Source: the human T2T-CHM13v2.0 reference genome, Homo sapiens. From it: a stretch of 64,000 nucleotides of DNA. A program made the position numbers and the translations under genes. Under the pieces are notes generated by a model. That model was not told the DNA's origin, searched no databases, and saw only the letters and a list, made by a program, of their open reading frames with translations. The stretch is from assembly GCF_009914755.1 (NCBI RefSeq), contig NC_060948.1; one strand, given 5' to 3'. Shown piece by piece: positions 42,961 to 55,600 of this stretch (position 1 is the stretch's first letter; each line of letters starts with the position of its first letter).

Positions 42961-44599
42961 GAACGGAGTGGAGTGGAGTGGAATGGAGGGTAATGGCGTG
43001 GAATGGAGTGGAGTGGAGTAGAGTGGAATGGGTTGGAATGGAATGCAGAGGACAGGAGTGGAGTGTGGTGGACTGGAGTGGAGTGGAGTTGAGTGGAGTG
43101 GATTGGATTGAAATAGAGCGGAGCAGAGTGGAATGGAATTGAATCACATGGTATTGAATCAAATCGAATGGAATTAAATCGAATGAAAAAACGGAATCAA
43201 AAGCAAACGAATGGAGTCAAACCACATTGGTTAGACTGACATCGAATAATATCAAAAGAAATGTGGTGAAGTGGAGTGGAGTGTACTGAAATGGGGTGGA
43301 ATGAAATTGAATGGAGTGGAGTGGAGTCTACTGGAGTGGAATGGAATGGAATGGAAAGGAATGGAATAGAATGGAGTGAAGTGCAGTGCAGTGAAATGGA
43401 GTGGAAAGGAATGGAATGGAAAGAATTGAATCAAATGGAACCGAAGTGAATCGAATCTAATGAAATTGAACGCAAATTGTGGAATGAGTAGAATCGAAAA
43501 AGATGTATTCAAATGGCAACAAATAAAATTGAATGGAATGCGGTGAGGTGGAGGGGATTGGAATGGATTTGAATGGAATGTGGTGTAATTGAATTGAATG
43601 GAGTGGAGTGGAGTGAACTGGAGTGGAATGGAATGGAATGGGCAGACATGGAATTGAAAGGCGTGGAGTGGAGTGGAATTGAGAGGAGTGGAATGGAGTA
43701 GGGTGGATTGTGGTGGAGAATAATGGAAAAGAGTGGAGTGGAATGGAACGGATTGGAGTGGAGTGGAATGGAATGGAATTGAGTGAAGTGGAGTGTAGTG
43801 GAATGGAGAGTAATGGAGTGGAGTGGACTGGAGTGGAGTAGATTGCAGTGCATTGGACTGTAGGGGATGGAAGTGGATTGGAGTCCATAGGAGTGGAGTG
43901 GAATGGAATGGAATGGAGTGGAATGGACTGGAACGGAATGGATTTAAATGGCAGGGAATCAAATCGAATTGAATCATATTGAATCAAGTCGAATCGAGTG
44001 GAGGAAAGAAATCGAATGAAATCGAATGGAATGAATTGAATGGAGTCGAATGTCAACCATGGAATCAAAAGTAATGTGGTAAAGTGGAGTGGAGTGGAGT
44101 GTTATGGAGTGGAATGGAATGGGGTGACATGGAATTGAATACAGTGGAGAGGAGTGGAGTGGATTGGGCTAGAGTTGAACGGAAAGGGAAGGAATGGAAC
44201 TAAATGGAGTGGAGTGGAATGGAGTGGAATGGAATGGAATGGAATGGAATGGAACGGAATGGAGCAAAATGGAATCGAATCACATGGAACTGAATGAAAC
44301 CGAATTGAATGAAATTCAATGGAGAAAATGGAATCAAATGGAATCAAATCGAACGGATTCGAATGTCATTGAATGGAATCGAAAGGAATGCAGTGAGGTG
44401 GGGTTGAGTGGAATGGAGTGGAATGGAATGGGATGAATGGAATTGAATGGAGTGGAGTGGAATGGAATGGAATGGAAAGGACTGGAATTGAACAAAATGG
44501 AGTGTAGTAGAATGGAGTGGATTGGAGTGGAGTGCAGGGGAGTGCAGTGGAATGAAGAGGAGTGTAGTTGAATGGAATGGAATGTATGGAATGTACTGG

Positions 44600-47500
44600 A
44601 ATAGAATGGATAAGAAAGGAATGGAATGGAATCGCATGGAATTGAATAGAATCAAATCGAATTGAATAGAATCCAATGGAAAAAATGGAGTCAAATGGAA
44701 TCGAATGGCATAGAATCGAACGGTTTTGAATGGCAGTGAATGGAAACGAATGGAATGCGATGAAGTGGAGCGCAGTGGAGTGGAAAGGAGTGCAATGGAA
44801 TAGGGTGGAACTGCATTTAATGGAACAGAGTGGATTGGAGTGGACTGGAGTGGAATGGAATGGGAAGGAATGGGATTGAAAGGAGTGGTGTGCAGTGGAG
44901 TGGAGTGGCATGGAGTGGAGTGGAGTGGAATGGAGTGGAATGGAATGGAGTGGAATGGAGTGGATTGGAATGGAATGGAGTGCAGAGGAATGGAATGGAA
45001 TGGTATAGAGTGGACAGGAATGGAGTGGAGTGGATTGGAATGGAATGGAATGGAATGGAATGGAACTGAATGGACTGGAATGGAATGCAATAGAATGGAA
45101 TCACAGGGAATCAAATTGGATTGAATCGAATCGAAAGGAAAAAAATGAAATCAAATGAAATTGAATGGAATCGAAATGAATGTAAACAATGGAATCCAAT
45201 GGAATCAAATGGAATCGAATCAAATGGTTTTGAATGGCGTAAAATGAAATCGCAAGGAAGACAGTGAATTGGAGTGGAGTCGAATAGAGAGGAATGAATT
45301 GGAATGGAGTGGATTGGAATGGAGTGGATTCCAGTGGAGTGGAGTGGATTGGATTTTAATGGAATGGAATAGACTGGATTGCAGTGGTGTAGATTGCAGT
45401 GGATTGGAGTGGAGAGGAATGGAGTGGAGTGAAGTCGAGTTGAGTGGAATGGAATGGAGTGGAGCAGAGTGGAATGCAAAAGAATGAAGTGGATTGGTGT
45501 GGAATGGAATGGCGTGGAATGGAGTAGAATAGAATGGAATGGAATCGCATGGAAGGATATCAAATCAAATGGAATCGAACGAAAATTATGAATCCAATGG
45601 AATCGAAAGGATTCCAAAGGAACGGATTCGAAAGGCATTTAATGGAATGGAAAGGTATGCAGTGAAGTGGAGTGGAGTGGAGGGGATTGTTTTAGAGTGA
45701 AATGGGGTGGATTGGAACACTATGTTGTGGAGTGGAGTGTAGTGGATCGGAGTGGAGTGCCGTGGAGTGGACTAGAGTGGGGTGGAGTGGAGTGCATTGG
45801 AGTGGAATGGAGTGGAGTGGGGTGGAATGGAATGGAATGGCATCAAATCGCATAGTAATGAGTCAAACGGAATGAAATAATGGAATCGAAGGCAAACGAA
45901 TGGAATCGAATTGCACTGATTCTTCTGACTTCGAACAAAATGAAATGAAATGCGGTGAAGTGGAGTGGAGTGGAATGTATTAGGGTGGAATGGAATTGAA
46001 TGGTGTGGAGTGGATTGGAGTGCCCAGGAGTGGAATGGGAAGAAATGGAATTGAACGGAGTGGAGTGGAGTGGAATGGAGGGTAATAGAGTGGAATGGAG
46101 TGGAGTGGAGTAGAGTGGAATGGGTTGGAATGGAATGCAGAGGACAGGAGTGGAGTGTGGTGGACTGGAGGGGAGTGGAGTTGAGTGGAGTGGATTGGAT
46201 TGAAATAGAGCGGAGCAGAGTGGAATGGAATTGAATCATATGGTATTGAATCAAATCGAATGGAATTAAATCGAATGAAAAAACGGAATCAAAAGCAAAC
46301 GAATGGAGTCAAACCACATTGGTTAGACTGACATCGAATAATATCAAAAGAAATGCGGTGAAGTGGAGGGGAGTGTACTGAAATGGGGTGGAATGAAATT
46401 GAATGGAGTGGAGTGGAGTGGAGTCTACTGGAGTGGAATGGAATGGAATGGAAAGGAATGGAATAGAATGGAGTGAAGTGCAGTGAAGTGAAATGGAGTG
46501 GAAAGGAATGGAATGGAAAGAATTGAATCAAATGGAATCGAAGTGAATCGAATCTAATGAAATTGAACGCAATATGTGGAATGAGTAGAATCGAAAAAGA
46601 TGGATTCAAATGGCAACAAATAAAATTGAATGGAATGCGGTGAGGTGGAGGGGATTGGAATGGAGTTGAATGGAATGTGGTGTAATTGAATTGAATGGAG
46701 TGGAGTGGAGTGAACTGGAGTGGAATGGAATGGAATGGGCAGGCATGGAATTGAAAGGCGTGGAGTGGAGTGGAATTGAGAGGAGTGGAATGGAGTAGGG
46801 TGGATTGTGGTGGAGAATAATGGAAAAGAGTGGAGTGGAATGGAACGGATTGGAGTGGAGTGGAATGGAATGGAATTGAGTGAAGTGGAGTGTAGTGGAA
46901 TGGAGAGTAATGGAGTGGAGTGGACTGGAGTGGAGTAGATTGCAGTGCATTGGACTGTAGGGGATAGAAGTGGCTTGGAGTCCATAGGAGTGGAGTGGAA
47001 TGGAATGGAATGGAGTGGAATGGATTGGAACGGAATGGAATGGAATGGATTTAAATGGCAGGGAATCAAATCGAATTGAATCATATTGAATCAAGTCTAA
47101 TCGAGTGGAGGAAAGAAATCGAATGAAATCGAATGGAATGAATTGAATGGAGTCGAATGTCAACCATGGAATCAAAAGTAATGTGGTAAAGTGGAGTGGA
47201 GTGGCGTGTTATGGAGAGGAATGGAATGGGGTGACATGGAATTGAATACATTGGAGAGGAGTGGAGTGGATTGGGGTAGAGTTGAACGGAAAGGGAAGGA
47301 ATGGAACTAAATGGAGTGGAGTGGAATGGAGTGGAATGGAATGGAATGGAATGGAATGGAACGGAATGGAGTGCAATGGAATAGAATCACATGGAACTGA
47401 ATGAAACCGAATTGAATGAAATTCAATTGAGAAAATGGAACAAATGGAATCAAATCGAACGGATTCGAATGTCATTGAATGGAATCGAAAGGAATGCAGT

Positions 47501-50500
47501 GAGGTGGGGTTGAGTGGAATGGAGTGGAATGGAATGGGATGAATGGAATTGAATGGAGTGGAGTGGAATGGAATGGAATGGAAAGGACTGGAATTGAACA
47601 AAATGGAGTGTAGTAGAATGGAGTGGATTGGAGTGGAGTGCAGGGGAGTGCAGTGGAATGAAGAGGAGTGTAGTTGAATGGAATGGAATGTGTGGAATGT
47701 ACTGGAATAGAATGGATAAGAAAGGAATGGAATGGAATCGCATGGAATTGAATAGAATCAAATCGAATTGAATAGAATCCAATGGAAAAAATGGAGTCAA
47801 ATGGAATCGAATGGCATAGAATCGAACGGTTTTGAATGGCAGTGAATGGAAACGAATGGAATGCGATGAAGTGGAGCGCAGTGGAGTGGAAAGGAGTGCA
47901 ATGGAATAGGGTGGAACTGCATTTAATGGAACAGAGTGGATTGGAGTGGACTGGAGTGGAATGGAATGGGAAGGAATGGGATTGAAAGGAGTGGTGTGCA
48001 GTGGAGTGGAGTGGCATGGAGTGGAGTGGAGTGGAATGGAGTGGAATGGAATGGAGTGGAATGGAGTGGATTGGAATGGAATGGAGTGCAGAGGAATGGA
48101 ATGGAATGGTATAGAGTGGACAGGAATGGAGTGGAGTGGATTGGAATGGAATGGAATGGAATGGAACTGAATGGACTGGAATGGAATGCAATAGAATGGA
48201 ATCACAGGGAATCAAATTGGATTGAATCGAATCGAAAGGAAAAAAATGAAATCAAATGAAATTGAATGGAATCGAAATGAATGTAAACAATGGAATCCAA
48301 TGGAATCAAATGGAATCGAATCAAATGGTTTTGAATGGCGTAAAATGAAATCGCAAGGAAGACAGTGAATTGGAGTGGAGTGGAATAGAGAGGAATGAAT
48401 TGGAATGGAGTGGATTGGAATGGAGTGGATTCCAGTGGAGTGGAGTGGATTGGATTTTAATGGAATGGAATAGACTGGATTGCAGTGGTGTAGATTGCAG
48501 TGGATTGGAGTGGAGAGGAATGGAGTGGAGTGAAGTCGAGTTGAGTGGAATGGAATGGAGTGGAGCAGAGTGGAATGCAAAAGAATGAAGTGGATTGGTG
48601 TGGAATGGAATGGCGTGGAATGGAGTAGAATAGAATGGAATGGAATCGCATGGAAGGATATCAAATCAAATGGAATCGAACGAAAATTATGAATCCAATG
48701 GAATCGAAAGGATTCCAAAGGAACGGATTCGAAAGGCATTTAATGGAATGGAAAGGTATGCAGTGAAGTGGAGTGGAGTGGAGGGGATTGTTTTAGAGTG
48801 AAATGGGGTGGATTGGAACACTATGTTGTGGAGTGGAGTGTAGTGGATCGGAGTGGAGTGCCGTGGAGTGGACTAGAGTGGGGTGGAGTGGAGTGCATTG
48901 GAGTGGAATGGAGTGGAGTGGGGTGGAATGGAATGGAATGGCATCAAATCGCATAGTAATGAGTCAAACGGAATGAAATAATGGAATCGAAGGCAAACGA
49001 ATGGAATCGAATTGCACTGATTCTTCTGACTTCGAACAAAATGAAATGAAATGCGGTGAAGTGGAGTGGAGTGGAATGTATTAGGGTGGAATGGAATTGA
49101 ATGGTGTGGAGTGGATTGGAGTGCCCAGGAGTGGAATGGGAAGAAATGGAATTGAACGGAGTGGAGTGGAGTGGAATGGAGGGTAATAGAGTGGAATGGA
49201 GTGGAGTGGAGTAGAGTGGAATGGGTTGGAATGGAATGCAGAGGACAGGAGTGGAGTGTGGTGGACTGGAGGGGAGTGGAGTTGAGTGGAGTGGATTGGA
49301 TTGAAATAGAGCGGAGCAGAGTGGAATGGAATTGAATCATATGGTATTGAATCAAATCGAATGGAATTAAATCGAATGAAAAAACGGAATCAAAAGCAAA
49401 CGAATGGAGTCAAACCACATTGGTTAGACTGACATCGAATAATATCAAAAGAAATGCGGTGAAGTGGAGGGGAGTGTACTGAAATGGGGTGGAATGAAAT
49501 TGAATGGAGTGGAGTGGAGTGGAGTCTACTGGAGTGGAATGGAATGGAATGGAAAGGAATGGAATAGAATGGAGTGAAGTGCAGTGAAGTGAAATGGAGT
49601 GGAAAGGAATGGAATGGAAAGAATTGAATCAAATGGAATCGAAGTGAATCGAATCTAATGAAATTGAACGCAATATGTGGAATGAGTAGAATCGAAAAAG
49701 ATGGATTCAAATGGCAACAAATAAAATTGAATGGAATGCGGTGAGGTGGAGGGGATTGGAATGGAGTTGAATGGAATGTGGTGTAATTGAATTGAATGGA
49801 GTGGAGTGGAGTGAACTGGAGTGGAATGGAATGGAATGGGCAGGCATGGAATTGAAAGGCGTGGAGTGGAGTGGAATTGAGAGGAGTGGAATGGAGTAGG
49901 GTGGATTGTGGTGGAGAATAATGGAAAAGAGTGGAGTGGAATGGAACGGATTGGAGTGGAGTGGAATGGAATGGAATTGAGTGAAGTGGAGTGTAGTGGA
50001 ATGGAGAGTAATGGAGTGGAGTGGACTGGAGTGGAGTAGATTGCAGTGCATTGGACTGTAGGGGATAGAAGTGGCTTGGAGTCCATAGGAGTGGAGTGGA
50101 ATGGAATGGAATGGAGTGGAATGGATTGGAACGGAATGGAATGGAATGGATTTAAATGGCAGGGAATCAAATCGAATTGAATCATATTGAATCAAGTCTA
50201 ATCGAGTGGAGGAAAGAAATCGAATGAAATCGAATGGAATGAATTGAATGGAGTCGAATGTCAACCATGGAATCAAAAGTAATGTGGTAAAGTGGAGTGG
50301 AGTGGCGTGTTATGGAGAGGAATGGAATGGGGTGACATGGAATTGAATACATTGGAGAGGAGTGGAGTGGATTGGGGTAGAGTTGAACGGAAAGGGAAGG
50401 AATGGAACTAAATGGAGTGGAGTGGAATGGAGTGGAATGGAATGGAATGGAATGGAATGGAACGGAATGGAGTGCAATGGAATAGAATCACATGGAACTG

Positions 50501-50800
50501 AATGAAACCGAATTGAATGAAATTCAATTGAGAAAATGGAACAAATGGAATCAAATCGAACGGATTCGAATGTCATTGAATGGAATCGAAAGGAATGCAG
50601 TGAGGTGGGGTTGAGTGGAATGGAGTGGAATGGAATGGGATGAATGGAATTGAATGGAGTGGAGTGGAATGGAATGGAATGGAAAGGACTGGAATTGAAC
50701 AAAATGGAGTGTAGTAGAATGGAGTGGATTGGAGTGGAGTGCAGGGGAGTGCAGTGGAATGAAGAGGAGTGTAGTTGAATGGAATGGAATGTATGGAATG
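44600..50800 (+). repeat. Tandem duplication of the E-tail/F-head segment (3101 bp)
   Basis: catatg at 46237 and 49338; ORFs 45772/48873, 46289/49390 and 47209/50310 are identical; the F-head marker ggaacaaatgg (~47438) is followed by the E marker gagcgcagt (~47874). Boundaries are approximate. Confidence 0.88.
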
Positions 50801-52699
50801 TACTGGAATAGAATGGATAAGAAAGGAATGGAATGGAATCGCATGGAATTGAATAGAATCAAATCGAATTGAATAGAATCCAATGGAAAAAATGGAGTCA
50901 AATGGAATCGAATGGCATAGAATCGAACGGTTTTGAATGGCAGTGAATGGAAACGAATGGAATGCGATGAAGTGGAGCAGAGTGGAGTGGAAAGGAGTGC
51001 AATGGAATAGGGTGGAACTGAATTTAATGGAACAGAGTGGATTGGAGTGGACTGGAGTGGAATGGAATGGGAAGGAATGGGATTGAAAGGAGTGGCGTGC
51101 AGTGGACTGGAGTGGCATGGAGTGGAGTGGAGTGGAATGGAGTGGAATGGAATGGAGTGGAATGGAGTGGATTGGAATGGAATGGAGTGCAGGGGAATGG
51201 AATGGAATGGTATAGAGTGGACAGGAATGGAGTGGAGTGGATTGGAATGGAATGGAATGGAATGGAATGGAACTGAATGGACAGGAATGGAATGGAATAG
51301 AATGGAATCACAGGGAATCAAATTGGATTGAATCGAATCGAATGTAAAAAATGAAATCAAATTAAATTGAATGGAATCGAAATGAATGTAAAGAATGGAA
51401 TCCAATGGAATCAAATGGAATCGAATCAAATGGTTTTGAATGGCGTAAAATGAAATCGCGAGGAAGGCAGTGAATTGGAGTGGAGTGGAATAGAGAGGAA
51501 TGAATTGGAATGGAGTGGAGTGGAATGGAGTGGATTCCAGTGGAGTGGAGTGGATTGGATTTTAATGGAATGGAATAGACTGGATTGGAGTGGTGTAGAG
51601 TGCAGTGGATTGGATTGGAGAGGAATGGAGTGGAGTGAAGTAGAGTTGAGTGGAATGGAATGGAGTGGAGCAGAGTGGAATGCAAAAGAATGAAGTGGAT
51701 TGGTGTGGAATGGAATGGCGTGGAATGGAGTGGAATAGAATGGAATGGAATCGCATGGAAGGATATCAAATCCAATGGAATCGAACGAAAATTTTGAATC
51801 CAATGGAATCGAAAGGATTCCAAAGGAACGGATTCGAAAGGCATTTAATGGAATGGAAAGGTATGCAGTGAAGGTTAGTGGAGTGGAGTGGATTGTTTTA
51901 GAGTGAAATGGGGTGGATTGGAACACTATGTGGTGGAGTGGAGTGTAGTGGATCGGAGTGGAGTGCCGTGGAGTGGACTAGAGTGGGGTGGAGTGGAGTG
52001 CATTGGAGTGGAATGGAGTGGAGTGGGGAGGAATGGAATGGAATGGCATCAAATGGCATGGTAGTGAATCAAATGGAATCAAATGGAATGAAATAATGGA
52101 ATCGAAGGCAAACGAATGGAATCGAATTGCACTGATTCTACTGACTTCGAAGAAAATGAAATGAAATGCGGTGAAGTGGAGTGGAGTGGAATGTATTAGG
52201 GTGGAATGGAATTGAATGGTGTGGAGTGGAGTGGAGTGCCCAGGAGTGGAATGGGAAGAAATGGAATTGAACGTAGTGGAGTGGAGTGGAATGGAGGGTA
52301 ATGGAGTGGAATGGAGTGGAGTGGAGTAGAGTGGAATGGGTTGGAGTGGAATGCAGAGGACAGGAGTGGAGTGTTGTGGACTGGAGTGGAGTGGTGTTGA
52401 GTGGAGTGGATTGGATTGAAATAGAGCGGAGCAGAGTGGAATGGAATTGAATCACATGGTATTGAATCAAATCGAATGGAATTAAATCGAATGAAAAAAC
52501 GGAATCAAAAGCAAACGAATGGAGTCAAACCACATTGGTTAGACTGACATCGAATAATATCAAAAGAAATGCGGTGAAGTGGAATGGAGTGTAATGAAAT
52601 GGGGTGGAATGAAATTGAATGGAGTGGAGTGGAGTGGAGTCTACTGGAGTGGAATGGAATGGAATGGAAAGGAATGGAATAGAATGGAGTGAAGTGCAG

Positions 52700-55600
52700 T
52701 GCAGTGAAATGGAGTGGAAAGGAATGGAATAGAAAGAATTGAATCAAATGCAATCGAAGTGAATCGTATCTAATGAAATTGAACGCAAAAAATGGAATGA
52801 GTAGAATCGAAAAGATGGATTCAAATGGCAACAAATAAAATTGAATGGAATGCGGTGAGGTGGAGGGGATTGGAATGGAGTTGAATGGAATGTGGTGTAA
52901 TTGAATTGAATGGAGTGGAGTGGAGTGAACTGGAATGGAATGGAATGGAATGGGCAGGCATGGAATTGAAAGGCGTGGAGTGGAGTGGAATTGAGAGGAG
53001 TGGAATGGAGTAGGGTGGATTGTGGTGGAGAATAATGGAAAAGAGTGGAGTGGAATGGAACGGAATGGAGTGGAGTGGAATGGAATGGAATTGAGTGAAG
53101 TGGAATGCAGTGGAATGGAGAGTAATGGAGTGGAGTGGACTGGAGTGGAGTAGATTGCAGTGCATTGGACTGTAGGGGATAGAAGTGGCTTGGAGTCCAT
53201 AGGAGTGGAGTGGAATGGAATGGAATGGAGTGGAATGGACTGGAACGGAATGGAATGGAATGGATTTAAATGGCAGGGAATCAAATCGAATTGAATCATG
53301 TTGAATCAAGTCGAATCGAGTGGAGGAAAGAAATCGCATGAAATCGAATGGAATGAATTGAATGGAGTCGAATGTCAACCATGGAGTCGAAAGTAATGTG
53401 GTAAAGTGGAGTGGAGTGGAGTGCTATGGAGTGGAATGGAATGGGGTGACATGGAACTGAATACAGTGGAGAGGAGTAGAGTGGATTGGGCTAGAGTTGA
53501 ACGGAAAGGGAAGGAATGTAACTAAATGGAGTGGAGTGGAATGGAGTGGAATGGAATGGAATGGAATGGAATGGAATGGAACGGAATGGAGTGCAGTGGA
53601 ATCGAATCACATGGAACTGAATGAAACCGAATTGAATGAAATTGAATGGAGAAAATGGAATCAAATGGAATCAAATCGAACGGATTCGAATGTCATTGAA
53701 TGGAATCGAAAGGAATGCAGTGAGGTGGGGTTGAGTGGAATGGAATGGGATGAATGGAATTGAATGGAGTGGAGTGGAATGGAATGGAATGGAACGGAAA
53801 GGAATGGAATTGAACAAAGTGGAGTGGAGTGGATTGGAGTGGAGTGCAGGGAGTGCAGTGGAATGAAGAGGAGTGTAGTTGAATGGAATGGAATGTATGG
53901 AACGTACTGGAATGGGATGAATAAGAATGGAATGGAATGGAATCGCATGGAATTGAATAGAATCAAATCGAATTGAATAGAATCAAATGGAAAAAATGGA
54001 GTCAAATGGAATCCAATGGCATGGAATCGAACGGTTTTGAATGGCAGTGAATGGAAACGAAAGGAATGCGATGAAGTGGAGCGCAGTGGAGTGGAAAGGA
54101 GTGCGATGGAATAGGGCGGAACTGAATTTAATGGAACATAGTGGATTGGAGTGGACTGGAGTGGAATGGAATGGGAAGGAATGGGATTGAAAGGAGTGGC
54201 GTGCAGTGGAGTGGAGTGGCATGGAATGGAGTGGAGTGGAATGGAGTGGAATGGAATGGAGTGGAATGGAGTTGATTGGAATGGAATGGAGTGGAGAGGA
54301 ATGGAATGGAATGGTATAGAGTGGACAGGAATGGAGTGGAGTGGAATGGAATGGAATGGAATGGAATGGAATGGAACTGAATGGAATGGAATTGAATGGA
54401 ATAGAATGGAATCGCAGGGAATCAAATTGGTTTGAATCGAATCCAATGGAAAAAATGAAATCAAATGAAATTGAATGGAATCGAAATGAATGTAAAAAAT
54501 GGAATCCAGTGGAATCCAATGGAATCGAAACAAATGGTTTTGAATGGCTTAAAATGAAATCGCATGGAAGGCAGTGAATTGGAGTGGAGTGGAATAGAGA
54601 GGAATGAATTGGAATGGAGTGTAGTGGAATGTACTGGATTCCAGTGGAGTGGAGTCTATTGGATTGGAATGGAATGGAACAGATTGGATTGGAGTTGTGC
54701 AGAGTTGAGTGGACTGGATTGGAGAGGAATGGAGTGGAGTGAAGTCGAGTTGAGTGGAATGGAATGGAGTGGAGCAGAGTGGAATGCAACAGAATGAAGT
54801 GGATTGGTATGGAATGGAATGGCGTGGAATGGAGTGGAATAGAATGTAATGGAATCGCATGGAAGGATATCAAATCAAATGGAATCGAACGGAAAATTAT
54901 GAATCCAATGGAATCGAAAGGATTCCAAAGGAATAGATTCGAAAGGCATTGAATGGAATGGAAAGGAATGCAGTGAAGTGGAGTGGAGTGGAGTGGATTG
55001 TTTTAGAGTGAAATGGGGTGGATTGGAACTCTATGGGGTGGAGTGGAGCGAAGTGGATTGGAGTGGAATGCAGTGCAATGGACTGGAGTGGAGTGGAATA
55101 GATTGGAGTGGAGTGGAGTGGATCGGAGTGTAGTGCCGTGGAGTGGACTAGAGTGGGGTGGATTGGAGTGCATTGGAGTGAAATGGAGTGGAGTGCGGTG
55201 GAATGGAATGGAATGGCATCAAATCGCATGGTAATGAATCAAATGGAATCAAATGGAATGGAAATAATGGAATCGAAGGCAAACGAATGGAATCGAATTG
55301 CACTGATTCTACTGAGTTGAAACAAAATGAAATGAAACGCGGTGAAGTGGAGTGGATTGGAATGTATTAGGGTGGAATGGAATTGAATGGTGTGGAGTGG
55401 AGTGGAGTGCCCAGGAGTGTAATGGGAAGAAATGGAATTGAACGGAGTGGAGTGGATTGGAATGGAGGGTAATGGAGTGGAATGGAGTGGAGTGGAGTAG
55501 AGTGGAATGGGTTGGAGTGGAATGCAGAGGACAGGAGTGGAGTGCAGTGGACTGGAGTGGAGTGGAGTTGAGTGGAGTGGATTGGATTGAAATAGAGCGG

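Larger units (their letters stand above)
27905..52700 (+). repeat. Six-unit super-repeat, copy 2, expanded to eight units (A-B-C-D-D-E-F/E-F, ~24.9 kb)
   Basis: The offset to copy 1 steps from 18657 to 21764 (21488/43252) and then to 24865 (25686/50551, 27273/52138), i.e. two added units of 3107 and 3101 bp. The right boundary is approximate. Confidence 0.9.
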
